NCBI GenBank assembly: GCA_021613535.1
Contig: CP075495.1
Location: forward strand, 8,184,001 to 8,248,000
DNA: 64,000 nt
Origin: Adineta vaga
Taxonomy: Eukaryota > Animalia > Rotifera
Direction of reading: 5' to 3'
Shown: positions 1 through 11,915 of the stretch, piece by piece
Layout of the letters: each line of letters starts with the position of its first letter
Position numbering within the stretch: position 1 is the first letter of the stretch
Translations under genes and position numbers: made by a program
The notes under the pieces: model-generated
Told to the model about the DNA's origin: nothing
The model's database searches: none
Seen by the model: only the letters and a program-made list of their open reading frames with translations

Positions 1-854
1 AGGTTCTTCTAATGTCGTTAATAATCGCTGTAAACCATCACTTAATCTTATTCCGTGTAATTTTCGTTTTAAAAACTCGAAATCGATTATCTCTTGTAAA
101 GGACGTTGAAAAACAATCGTTTCAATTCGAATTAATCTATGTAGAAAATAACGTTCAGCATAACAACAAATGGCAATTATTTCTTTTGTTTGAAGTGTAT
201 CTATTGAATTTATTTCAAGAAAATCAAATAATTCATTAATATCATCATGTGTTTTATAATAATTAAAGTATTCACAAATAATATCTTTGACATCTTCAAG
301 ATCACTCGTTGTATCACGTTGAATTTTTCGTATTAATTTGAAAATAACTTGTTGTCGATTAATTAAAGGTTTAGTATATTTACTAAGGAAAGCTAATGGT
401 GATAGATTTTCCAATTGAGAATAATCCGATGGTAAAGTACATTGAATAGATGAAGCGCTGAGTGTGATTGGTGCTTTAAATTTCTCTATTTTTCTTTCTT
501 CTAAACGAGTTTCTTCATTGAAACGATCGATCAAATCAGATGTTTGTTTCGTTTCTTGAATCAATGGTTTAAGATATTCCATTGGAAGAAAAGTACCTTT
601 TTCTTTAAAATTTATATAATCTTTACGCATATCATTGATTAAACCAGTATAATAACCAGCTAAAAACAATATTGAATTCACTTGAAAAGTAGTTCTTTAT
701 ATTGGTATGTCTTGCCTGGTACTGCTCTAACATGTTTGCCATTGACAAGTTTGAGTTGTTTTCTTAATAACTCATTTTGTTTCATTTTATTTGGTGGAAT
801 AAGTGGTTTTGTTTTGACAACTTTCGTTGCTTGTATAACTTCGTTGATAGTCAT
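1..854 (-). CDS. Uncharacterised protein, 3'-truncated by the window edge (2 exons seen)
   Basis: ATG at 854 (MTINEVIQATKVVKTKPLIPP...), a short intron near 661-710, then an uninterrupted frame GYYTGLINDMRKDY...EIIDFEFLKRKLHGIRLSDGLQRLLTTLEEP that runs off position 1. Third codon positions are A/T-biased as in neighbouring genes. No family recognised. Confidence 0.7.
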
Positions 855-1505
855 GGATAACTATAATGATTGCGTATTTAGAAATTTTCGTTCGAATAAT
901 ATCAGCTGAGTTTTTGTTTCCCTAGTGATTTAAAAACTTCTTCTTTTTTTCATCAAGGCAATTCGATTTAAAATGCTTCTTGATTACCAAGCTGCGTGTG
1001 ATTTAAGGTAATATAACATTTACTTCTCTTACTGTATTTACCTCACACCGTCTATACATATCTTCCTTCGAATAAGTTTTGATCGGCAGCGCCCTCCACA
1101 TAATGATTCATGTTCTATACATCAACAACAACGTCAATATATGTTATAATAAATCAGCTGATATTGACGAATCAGCCTCAAGAACTGATTGATTGCAAAA
1201 TGTCTTAGAATCGCAATAGAACATCCAAACCCCCTACCGATTGTCAATTACATCCAATAGTTTATCGCATGAAAATATATTTAGTAAATTCCATCAAGAC
1301 ACGTCTTAAATCTAATATATGTACTATGTTTTGTCCTTCTCGGTGTCTCTCTTTTTTCTTTTTCTCCTGTTATATCTATCTTCCTATTGATTATGAAAAG
1401 AACAAACCTATAAAAAAAGACGACGAACTTACGATACATATTCTATTTACTATTGAGTCATCCTCTATTGTTTCTTCTTGAAGCAAATAGTGACGTTGTG
1501 CACGC

Positions 1506-1528
1506 ATATATATATATATATATATATA
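1506..1528. repeat. (TA)n microsatellite
   Basis: Directly visible atatat... run; similar short runs occur near 33709-33724 and 63510-63527. Confidence 0.85.
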
Positions 1529-1771
1529 TGTGTATGCTTTCGCTCGATCGTTCTACTCGTTAGTATTATTCAGTGAAGCGTAATAGTTACCCCAGTCATT
1601 ATACGAATGGAATACATATGTTAATGTAATTTATTTCTTTTTTTGTACTTTGACGGATCTGATATTTTTTCGTAGTTAAAGAATATGTTGCTTTTAGATC
1701 ATAACATTGTCAAGCGTCTATTTGTATGGTGAATTGTGTGGTTGATAAATTTGTGATTAATTATTAGAACT

Positions 1772-3693
1772 ATGACAGATTCGAAGCAACAAACATCGAT
1801 GAATAATCGTCGAGATAGTGGCAATACACATTCTTTAAAAATTTCTATCAAACGTCGAAGAACAGGAGAATTTATTGCTCGAAATTCGATGTTAACAGAT
1901 TTATTTCAAATATCACACATTAAATGTGTACGAAATGCTTTTGCTGCTGCGTTCATTTTGATGGTATTACGTCATATGGCCAATGATCTTTTACAATACG
2001 GAAGGTAGAAAAAAACCCTCATTATCTTTTTAGTAACTAACGTTTTATTTCGACTTAATTAGACTCAACTGGACGTTTGAATTATTATCAACCACAGTTG
2101 GCAAATTACATGTCGTTGTTATTGTTTGGATTCTAATGACTTTGTGTTCAAGTTACGGTGTTTATTATGGTACATATATGTGGGCAATGAATCGTAAATC
2201 TAATGGAACTGATCGTAATAGAATAATTGTTATGGAAAAACTAACGTCCAATGAGATTTGATTGTTCTAGGATTGTATGATATAATTTGGTTGTTGATTT
2301 ATGTTTGTTATTTAACGGGTTTATTAGCTATACCGTGTTGGCAGATAATTCATCATCGATTACCGATTGTTTCTTCGGCAATTATCATTGCCGAACAAGT
2401 AAGTTTAGCGCAAAAGTGTAAGATTGAGAGAGAGAAGGCAATAGAAAATGATTTGCGTTATTGAATGATAGTTTCAATTATAGAAATTTATTTAGTTACG
2501 CTTATTAATGAAAATACATTCATTTGTACGTGAGAATGTTCGAAAAATGACACAACAATTAACAAATTCATCTGGTATGTTTCTCAATTATTCATTCTTT
2601 GAATTAAAAATTTCTTCTCTTCTTCGATTCAGATCAAAACTCATCTCAAGAATTTAGTCATTTTAATCAATATTTATATTTTCTCTTTGTACCTACTCTA
2701 CTTTATCGTGATACTTATCCTCGCACCTCGATAATTCATTGGAATATTGTTGGGAAAATGTTTGGACAATTTCTTATTCTTGTTTGTTTGGTTTATCATC
2801 TTGTCGCTCATTATTGGATGCCTGTTTTTGTTCGATGTTTTACAGTGAATAAAGTTACACTTGAATTTACAATCACAGCAATATTTGATCTAATGTTACC
2901 AGGAACACTCGTTGTTATTTTAAGTAAAATATTCATTTTATTAAATTAAAAGTGAAAACTTTCTCTTTAGCATTCTATGGATTTTTTCATTGTTGGATGA
3001 ATGGATTTGCTGAATTACTACGATTTGCTGATCGAATGTTTTATGAAGTAAAGAAATAGAGAGATACAAATCAATAATTCCATGTATAAATAATGAATAT
3101 TCTCTAGGATTGGTGGAATTTTACATCAGCAGCAACGTTCTGGCGTTCATGGAATGTTATTGTACATGATTGGCTCCATGTTTATGTTTATAAAGATCTT
3201 GCTACAGTAATTTAATCTTTTAATTAATCAATTGATACTTTTCATTTATATATTTGTAGTTATTCAATGGTAATCGAAATATATCGACAGCTTGTGTAGT
3301 GATTCTTTCTGCACTTTTTCATGAATATTTCATGATTGTTTCCTTGGGATTTCTATCTCCAATCTTAATTGTTTGGTTTATTGTATTTGGAAGTAAATTT
3401 GACTGTTCATTGAAATTTATACATTTGTCTAAATTCGAATTTTTAGTGATATTTCGATTTGCATTTCCACAAGCAAAAGGAAGTCAATGGAATACATTTC
3501 TATTATCATTTATACCGATTTGTGCTGGAGTAATTCCATATTTATATGCTCTCGAAGTTTCCGTTCGATATTCTCCTCCTCAATATGTGAGTTAAACAAT
3601 CAATTCATGATCATATACAAAGTTCTGTTTATTTAGAAAACATTCTGGAATACTATGTTCATGAATAACAAACAATCAAAATCTGATTTATAA
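1772..3693 (+). CDS. SOAT1: Sterol O-acyltransferase (ACAT/SOAT, MBOAT family), multi-exon
   Basis: Spliced motifs [73 protein letters not shown] and catalytic SALFHEY. The last exon ends [18 protein letters not shown] at 3693. Confidence 0.93.
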
Positions 3694-4152
3694 TAAAAAA
3701 AGTGAACACTCGGCATGATTGAATTTACTATTAAAAACTGTTCTAGAGAAAATAGCTTATTTTTATTTTTGTATAAATAAATGAATTATATATGACAGAA
3801 TTTTGCTCATAGTTGGTTATAATATCAAATTTGTTTTCAAGAACAAATGTTTGCTACGATGAAACAAGACTAGATACGTTCTAAAATAATTACATCGTAC
3901 CATTGAATAATACAAAGCAAGACTGCTTTTTATACAATCATTTTATCTTAAATATAACGAATAACTATATAAGATTGTTCATTCCTGTATGACTCAGCAA
4001 ACAGAAATCGAAGTATTTGGATGAGTAAGTGCATACTGTATATGTATGTTTACTTTCTTCTCACTCATGCGTTACATTATCACATTGAGCTACCTACACT
4101 TGATGTACGAAACAACGTGATATTTCGTTCTCATTTCAATCAATTTATTTAA

Positions 4153-5050
4153 ATGGATCTTCCTCATATTGGTAAACCTGCACCATTTTTTAAATCAAAA
4201 GCTGTACTAAATGATAAAGTTTTTGATACATCACTAAGTGATTATGAAAAGAAGTATCTTATTCTACTGTTTTTTCCAATGAATTTGTAAGTGATCTATT
4301 TCAAATAACTAACTAACAATGTTCTATCTAGTCTTTTTTCTTTTTGAAATATTAGTACTTATGTTTGTCCAACAGGTGAGATTGAAATTATTATTAAAGA
4401 GAATATTTCTTGTAAAAATGTATCTACTTATAGAATTAATTGCATTCAATGATCGTATAAAAGATTTTCAAGAACTAAATACAAATATTCTTGCTTGTTC
4501 TGTTGAAAGTCATTTGAGTCATTTGAAATGGTTTGTTTAATCAAATGAATTTTCAAATCTAATTCAATTTTCAAATAGGTTAAGTATGGCACATAAAGAA
4601 GGTGGTATTCGTGGTCTTCAATTTCCTTTAATGGCAGATAAATCAATGGCAATTTCGAAAACTTACGGTATTCTTAATGCAGAAGATGGTGTTTCTTATC
4701 GGTTTGTTTTTCATATTTTATTCGATTCCTAAAACTTTATTTGATCTCTATGAATACTAGAGCAATGTTTATCATTGATGACAAAGGCATTCTTCGACAA
4801 ATTACTGTTAATGATCATCATGTTGGTCGAAACGTAGCTGAAGTATGTCGATTGATAAAAGATATTCAACATGCAACTATATTGAATGAAATGACACCAT
4901 CAACAAGTGTTTCGGAAGGTAAATTTCAAACAAATAATTATCATCTAAACTATTTCATTATTCTATTTGTTAGTAACAACAACTAATGCTCGAAAATCTC
5001 GACCAATGATATGTCTAGAAAAAAGTTCACTTCGTGAAGTAATTGAATAA
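4153..5050 (+). CDS. Peroxiredoxin (AhpC/Prx1 subfamily), divergent C-terminus, 6 exons
   Basis: Spliced sequence MDLPHIGKPAPFFKSKAV...LLFFPMNF|TYVCPT|ELIAFNDR...SHLKW|...FPLMADKSMAISKTYGIL...SYR|AMFIIDDKGILRQITVNDHHVGRNVAEV. The peroxidatic FTxVCPTE motif is intact. Confidence 0.93.
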
Positions 5051-5317
5051 AAGAGATATAGTTATGATTACATTTAATAACATAATCGTTAAAATCAAGT
5101 GGAATATGCTTGTATAATTTTATTGCCTTTTTTTAAAATTATTTTTTAATAACATCAACCAACAGAGGAATGTAGAAAAAGAGAAGAAGAGATAAGTAGT
5201 AGTAGAAGAAGAAGGAAAAGAAAAACTTTCTATATATAATACAAACGAAAAATGTAGGAGTCAAATTACATATCAACAAGTTATTGTCGTCATTATGTAG
5301 TTGATAATAACAAACAT

Positions 5318-8300
5318 TTATCTTAATGATTTATTATCATCTAAATTTTTAGTTGTAAGATCTACATCTGTATGTTCATCGCTATTATTTGATCGAGGAT
5401 GATGATTTGAAAGATTATTTCGTGGTAATAATGGTGTATGATTTGATATACTTGATGTATGTTCACCAGTAAACGATGTTTGATGTATTGTCACATCATT
5501 TTCATCGGATAAAATTTCATCATCAATACCATTTTTGACAATTAATGTATCACATGTTATTCCATCATTATCAATTGTACCTTTTGACGGACGTGTTTGA
5601 GTTAATAGAGGTGATGTTATTCCACCAAGATCATCATCAAGTGTTAAATTTGATAGAATAGCTGGTGATGTTTCATGTTGTTGATGAATAGGTTCAATCG
5701 AAGATACTTGATGAAGTTCTCGTTCTTGTTTTAATGATTTATTTCGATTGAATATACAAGGACATATTAATGTAAAACATTTTATCCACCATGTTTGACG
5801 TACTCGTAAATTTGCTGGTGGTGAAAATGAACTTTGTCTTGTTCGACGTCTTTCATTTCGATTCGGAATCGATGAATGACGATGTCGACTAAATGATATT
5901 CGAAAAACAGATAAACGTGTTGATAATGTATCACCAGCTGAACTACGTCGAACCGTATCATTACTTAACAATGTACGTTGAATTTGTCGAAGAACTTCAT
6001 AACGAATTTCCGTATTGAAATAAAAATAGATCAATGAAGTAAAAAAACCCTATGAAAGCAAAATAGAAAACAAATTAGTAAGTAGCTTAACATCTTTGTT
6101 GATTACTTGTAAATCCCCAAAAACTGCTTTGAATATAACAGCAATATAATACCAGATGTTATGTCCTTCGTTTTTATGATAAAAAACCCACATGACAAAT
6201 AATGAATGAAGACCAAATAGAGGAATTAAGATAAGTATCGACTTAATCAAATGTCTAAATTAATGAGAAAAACATATGCAAGATTGTAATGTAACAAATA
6301 CAACATAGTCGAAAGTTTTGTAACAATCAAATTTCTGATGTTTCATTTTTGGAAAATTTAAAATATAAATTTTGAATTTTGTTCTCTTACTTATTTCCCG
6401 ATCGATTTGTTTGTGCATTATTTGATTGATATTTTGAATAGAGAAGTCGAACCAAATAGAGAAATATACCAAAATTAATCAATAAATAAAACGCATATGG
6501 AACATAGAAGAAATAATAAAAATAAGTTGTACTATCTGCTTCTAACCAACACGTTGATCGATCTTTGATTTTATCGGTTATAATATGTGATCCAATCCAC
6601 ATTGTTAACCAAAATAATGGACTAAACCAACCCCATAAAACGAATAATAAACAACCACGATCACGAAATAAATGACTTGTTAAAGCAGTAAATAAAAATA
6701 TTGCTTCACAAAATATAAATGTTTGAGAAACAGCATCTGTATACCAAAATAATGATGCTAGTACACGACAACCAGTAATCTAAAGAGAAATTGAATAATA
6801 ATAGTTGAGAAAGAATTGTTTTTCTTTTCATTTTACATGAAATAAATTGGATGATTTCGAAATAATTTCAGTATTTCCACATTTATCACGTGAATAAGTT
6901 ATCATTGTACGAGTATAACCACCGATAATTGAATGAATAAATACGAGTTTAACAATTGAACGAAGGATAAAAGCAAAAAATAGATGCATATGAAGCAGGT
7001 TACGGGGTAGATGAAGTCGTCTAAATGTAAGGAGACATCGGCATATAAGCGGCATATTAGGTGGTATAACATAAAAATGAGGTTTAGGAGGTCGAGGTAG
7101 AGGATATACAACTCGATTTACATCAGATGGTTGAAGACGAAAAATTTTTACATAGAAAATCGAAACATACTTGACATTTATCATACATAGTACAGCAATG
7201 GTTAACGATATAAGCGATAAACTTAAACTCATCGTTTCAATCATAATACTAATTGAATTAAACTGAATAGAAAAATAGATAGTATATATAAAAAAAGGAA
7301 ATTCCTTTTTTTCTTTCTTTACTTTAACTGGTCGACCATCACCGAAACATGTTTTGCATTGTATATCAGGTGATATAGTCGTTGCCCATGTTCCATTATC
7401 TAGACAAAACCGTTGTAGAGTACCTAAATGATTGAAATAAATTTATCATATGTTTTTTTTATTGTTTTTGTAAATATAAAACAAACAATTTTCAATGCCA
7501 TAACGAACGCTATCATAGAAATTATTGGAACCATGATCATATTCAATAATACTCGTTGCATATGTATTATTATTCGTTGCTGGCCAACATACTCGAATAT
7601 CACCTTCAAAATCATATGGACATGAATATAAATCTAAATAAAGTCAATTGACTAACAAATTATGTAAATAAATCGATTAGTATTTACTCAATGATTTATT
7701 GATAGAACCTAATTGACGGCAACGTAAATATTCATGAAGAAGTTTGTTCGGTGGAGCAGGAATTGTCTAGAAAAATTACAGTTTTCGAATGTTGGTAGAA
7801 AAATAAACGAACTGACCTTGTTTGAAAATGTACCATTATTAGTCATATTGCTTGTTTTGATTCCCTAAAGAACAGATATACATATTTATGAATAATAATA
7901 AGATATTAGACAGTTAAACTATTAGTGAGAATGTGTATTCAATAGTTGATTGAAAAATCAAGCTAATCGTATTCGTCGAGGTAAATAACACGATATCTAT
8001 CTATGAGAGATAGATTAACTATAAATATATTAGATATCTGGTTTTTCATCTTTTTTTTTCATAGGCAAAAAGGACAAAATTAATAATATATCGAACTTTA
8101 CAAACATATTATCAAAAGGTTGAGGACTGGACGACATGCCATCTATTCGAGGGGATAAGACTGGGTATATTAATGATAAAAACTCACATCTTCAAAACTC
8201 AAAAGAAGTGAAAGTAGCCACATTGTCGTCATTTTTTCATAATATCTTTGAAAACAAGTCTGTAAAAAATATGTAACTTTCTAGTAATATATCTGCTGAT

Positions 8301-9074
8301 AAAACAACCTCGTATCATATATGTAGAATACATATATACAATGCTTGTACGTCTTCCTCTCTATTTCACGGTCATATCTATTCTTTCTTGCTATTTCTAT
8401 CTAAACGTGCAAATTAGATGTATGCAGACAAGAACATTATCTTTTGTTCTCATACTTGATTATTATTAACTTCGTCTGATAAGAAAAACAATTAAATGTT
8501 CATATTGAATGCCAAAATAGACGAATATCTATCTAATCAACTGTTGAAATTTAGTGCCTAGAACATGCAGTGGTTTATCTCTAAAAAATACATACTTTCT
8601 TTTTCGAAACAGCTGCTGTGATATATTTCTAAAAATGTAATATGACTAGTCTCACTCTATTCTCTAAGCTTCTATAATTGAATTCGAATTAATGAAATCA
8701 ATCTTTTCATACCTTTAATTTTTCACTAAATGGTATTTTCGATGTTGTGCTCACTATTCTAGTTGTTGTTTCGAGAATTGTATTGTTCTAGAATGCATGA
8801 AAACAATAAAAAGGAAGTCATTTATATTTCTTTGGCACTAAATATGTGAAATTAGAAGATTAGATTTATGAGACATTTGTATAATACTATTCTGACGAGA
8901 AAAATCTGCAGCTGACTAGTGATTAGATGCCTTTTGTTTTTATTTATGTTGACCTTAGAAGGAAGAAAACTATAGGATTGATTCATTTACCTGTATAGTT
9001 AATTCTTGTATTGTAATTCGAGGCAGATTCATTATTATCACAATGACAACTACGAATATTAAATGGCGAAACAT
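5318..9074 (-). CDS. Class B1 (secretin family) GPCR, PTH/glucagon-receptor-like
   Basis: Signal-peptide exon 9074-8991 (MFRHLIFVVVIVIIMNLPRITIQELTIQ) splices in phase to GIKTSNMTNNG. The hormone-binding domain has CPYDFEG..VCWP and RFCLDNGTW. TM motifs are RLHLPRNLLHMHLF, GWFSP, KSILILIPLFGLH and LQGFFTSLIYFYFNTEIR, followed by a long Ser/Arg-rich tail. Confidence 0.92.
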
Positions 9075-10195
9075 TTATCTAAACTTTGATATTCTTTCTT
9101 GAAAATATTCAAATACAAACAAGTTAGAATTCAATTCATGATTCGTTTTTTTCTTCTTTTCGCATAGTACTCAAAGATAACTGGTGTCAATTACGCGTTT
9201 GTCGAACGAAACATCTTTTCTATCAGGCATTTCTTCCTCTTCGTTTTTTTTTTGTTTTAAGGACTAGAATGCGTGTATGTTACGCCTACTAAAAAGAGAG
9301 ATATGAAGAAAGAAGAAAGAGTTGATAATTGGCATGAAATGCGAATACGCATATAATATTTAGGACTGTTGTTTTTTTTTACTGTTTGGACCGGAAAGAC
9401 ATATTACATCCAGGATACGCTAGAAAGAAAGAGGTAATTGAAGTGTCTTTGAATGATATCTGCCAGTAACATCACATCTCGATATCAGAGAAGACGATAG
9501 AAAGAAGAAATGGCAAACTTCTAAAGTTAATGTAAACGGTGTCGTAAAGCTTATGATGTATTTCAACACTTCTAACTGTCATATCAACTTGTTGGGTAGA
9601 GGAAAACAAGTATCTTATCAATATCATCATTGACAATAGTTGATGATATGGAAGAAAAACGACAAAATCACTTTTGTTTGTCATTGGTGCGTATCAAACC
9701 ATCAAGAAAGAAAACAAACAAAGATTAACATTTGTTCTATCATATTATCAAAGTTCGATAGTTTATAATTTATTCAATCATATAATGACAAAAGGTTTTG
9801 TTTTAAAGTTTATTTTATTTCATTTTACACAATAGAATACAAGACTATTGACATCGATGGTATTCATTATTCTAGTTATAACTTTTTGTTTGCAAGTTCT
9901 TTTTAGTTCGTTGATGAACGAGAAAAGAAAGAAAGAGAAGAAGAAAAATACGAAGGGAAATGCATACGGCTACTAGTAGTCGTTCTATTTTATTCAAAAG
10001 ACATATAACTAGATGTGAAGAAGAATGATGAACGTTGTGAATAGTGTATTACGCATCGTAACTAGACAGTGAAACAAACGGAATGAATTCTCATGAGAAC
10101 ATTTTCTTCATCCTAGTCGATCTATTTGATATTTGATGCTACTACTCTAACCATATTTGACAAGATCGCATACATATAAACGAAAAACCAACGTT

Positions 10196-10978
10196 ATGGA
10201 AAGTATTTTATCCATGCAAGATGAAGTCTATTCATTAAGATGTCGACGTCGAAAATCATCCGTATACTTAATGAATACAACTAATATGAAGCATACGACA
10301 TTGAATGAAAAAAATCCTTCCTCATCATCTATTTATCAATATATTAAAATGACGATTACTCAACATATTGTATATATTCTTGGTATATTTAATCTTCTAC
10401 TCGCTGCTATCGCAATCATTTGTGTTACACAAGCTGAAGTTCATCCAGAATATTTTTCACTTGTTTATATTGCTATAAGTATTTTTATATTTTATATGAG
10501 TACAATCATATTTATTATTATATTACAAATAACTGAAACATATCGCGAGCATTATAATAAAACTCAATCATCATTATCTGTTGAAATTCCTCTATTAATA
10601 CCACAAATAAAAATTCAATCGAATCCAGTACTGATACAAAATCTGCCAACAAAAAGCAATACTCAAACACGTTTATTACGTAGCCAAACATTACCATTAC
10701 CATTACCATTAAATTATCAATTACCTCTATCAACCATACCATCATCACCAACATTGAAAGATTTCGAAACAATTCGTACGGAACTATTACCTAAATATCC
10801 ACAATCTCTACGAAAAAATTATCAATCATTTACGTCAACCATCCACGATCATTTCTATCCACCATATCGAGACATACCTCCGAATGACACTTATCCTACC
10901 TTGATTAAACCAATTCCATTCAATTATACTCAAGATAATGATTCTCATAAATCAAAAGTTAAATTTTTAGGTTATTAA
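10196..10978 (+). CDS. Intronless orphan protein with two predicted TM helices and a Pro/Thr-rich tail
   Basis: About 260 codons open from the ATG at 10196 in AT-rich DNA. Hydrophobic segments are IVYILGIFNLLLAAIAIICV and FSLVYIAISIFIFYMSTIIFIIIL. No family recognised. Confidence 0.75.
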   Translation: MESILSMQDEVYSLRCRRRKSSVYLMNTTNMKHTTLNEKNPSSSSIYQYIKMTITQHIVYILGIFNLLLAAIAIICVTQAEVHPEYFSLVYIAISIFIFYMSTIIFIIILQITETYREHYNKTQSSLSVEIPLLIPQIKIQSNPVLIQNLPTKSNTQTRLLRSQTLPLPLPLNYQLPLSTIPSSPTLKDFETIRTELLPKYPQSLRKNYQSFTSTIHDHFYPPYRDIPPNDTYPTLIKPIPFNYTQDNDSHKSKVKFLGY

Positions 10979-11015
10979 AAAAAACACGTCGCATCAATCG
11001 TATTGGAACATTCCT

Positions 11016-11840
11016 TTATTTTGAATTTTGAGAAAAACTATGTACAGCTGATGGTCGTTCGTCAATGATTGATTGTAAACGTGCCATTGTCATTCGATTC
11101 ATATCTCCTCGTCGTGCTGATGATTTTCGATTTTTATCCAAAAATACGGTCATTGATTTTTTCGGCACAATCGTTTGTCTATTATCAATCATTTTGACTT
11201 CATCTTCTTCTATTTTTTCTAATTGTTGTTTTAATTTTGCACGTCGTCGATCATTCATAATACTACATACAATTAAACAAAGTAATAATATTCCACAACT
11301 AATTAGAATATAAAGTAATCGAAGAAGTCGACGATGATAAGAAATTGAATTCTTTGATGAACCATAAAGAATACATCGAGCAGATAGATTTTGATATTCA
11401 TGCATAGCAATACCAATATAGATGAAATCTGTTCGATATATATTGGATAGAAATAAAGATTTTTGAAAGATTTCATTATGAATATCATTACCATACAAAT
11501 CAATTGTTTCACTAACTGTAAAAGTTGAATAGATATCATTAAATTACAATGAATTCGTTTTACCAAGAGGAAAAATTTCATTTAATTGTTCTTCTTTTGA
11601 CCAATCATCATTATGATACGTATTTGCAAGCATTTTTTCATAAGATGCAATCAATTGTTCTCGATTTGAACAACGTTTTTCAGCTGCTAATTGTAATGTC
11701 AAATGAATCCGAACAGTTTTTAATCCAAGATTCGTTCGTTCGTGATTTATTTCATTGAATAAAACTCTTTCGTTTTTATTCTCGAATATACATGACAAGA
11801 AATCGATTTTTACAAAGAAAATAAAAACAATGAGCAGCAT
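11016..11840 (-). CDS. Single-pass membrane protein with a degenerate CAP/SCP domain, 2 exons
   Basis: Two same-frame ORFs are joined by a 48-nt GT-AG intron (about 11516-11563) that contains the stop. Order: signal peptide, VLFNEINHERTNLGL..LQLAA and SNIYRTDFIYIGIA (CAP-like ends), TM LLYILISCGILLLCLIVCSIM, basic tail. Confidence 0.72.
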
Positions 11841-11915
11841 GCATAAAAGCGAAAAAAAATTGTTTCTTTATTTTTATTTTTTTAAATAATTTATCTGCTT
11901 AGATACAAATGATCC

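Noticed and set aside
3989-4030. Short ORF MTQQTEIEVFG-stop followed by gtaagt upstream of the peroxiredoxin
   Set aside because: It could be a 5' UTR exon or uORF, but I found no convincing acceptor or in-frame join, so no call is made.
11544-11546. In-frame TAA between two same-frame ORFs, suggesting readthrough or recoding
   Set aside because: The stop lies inside a normal 48-nt GT-AG intron.
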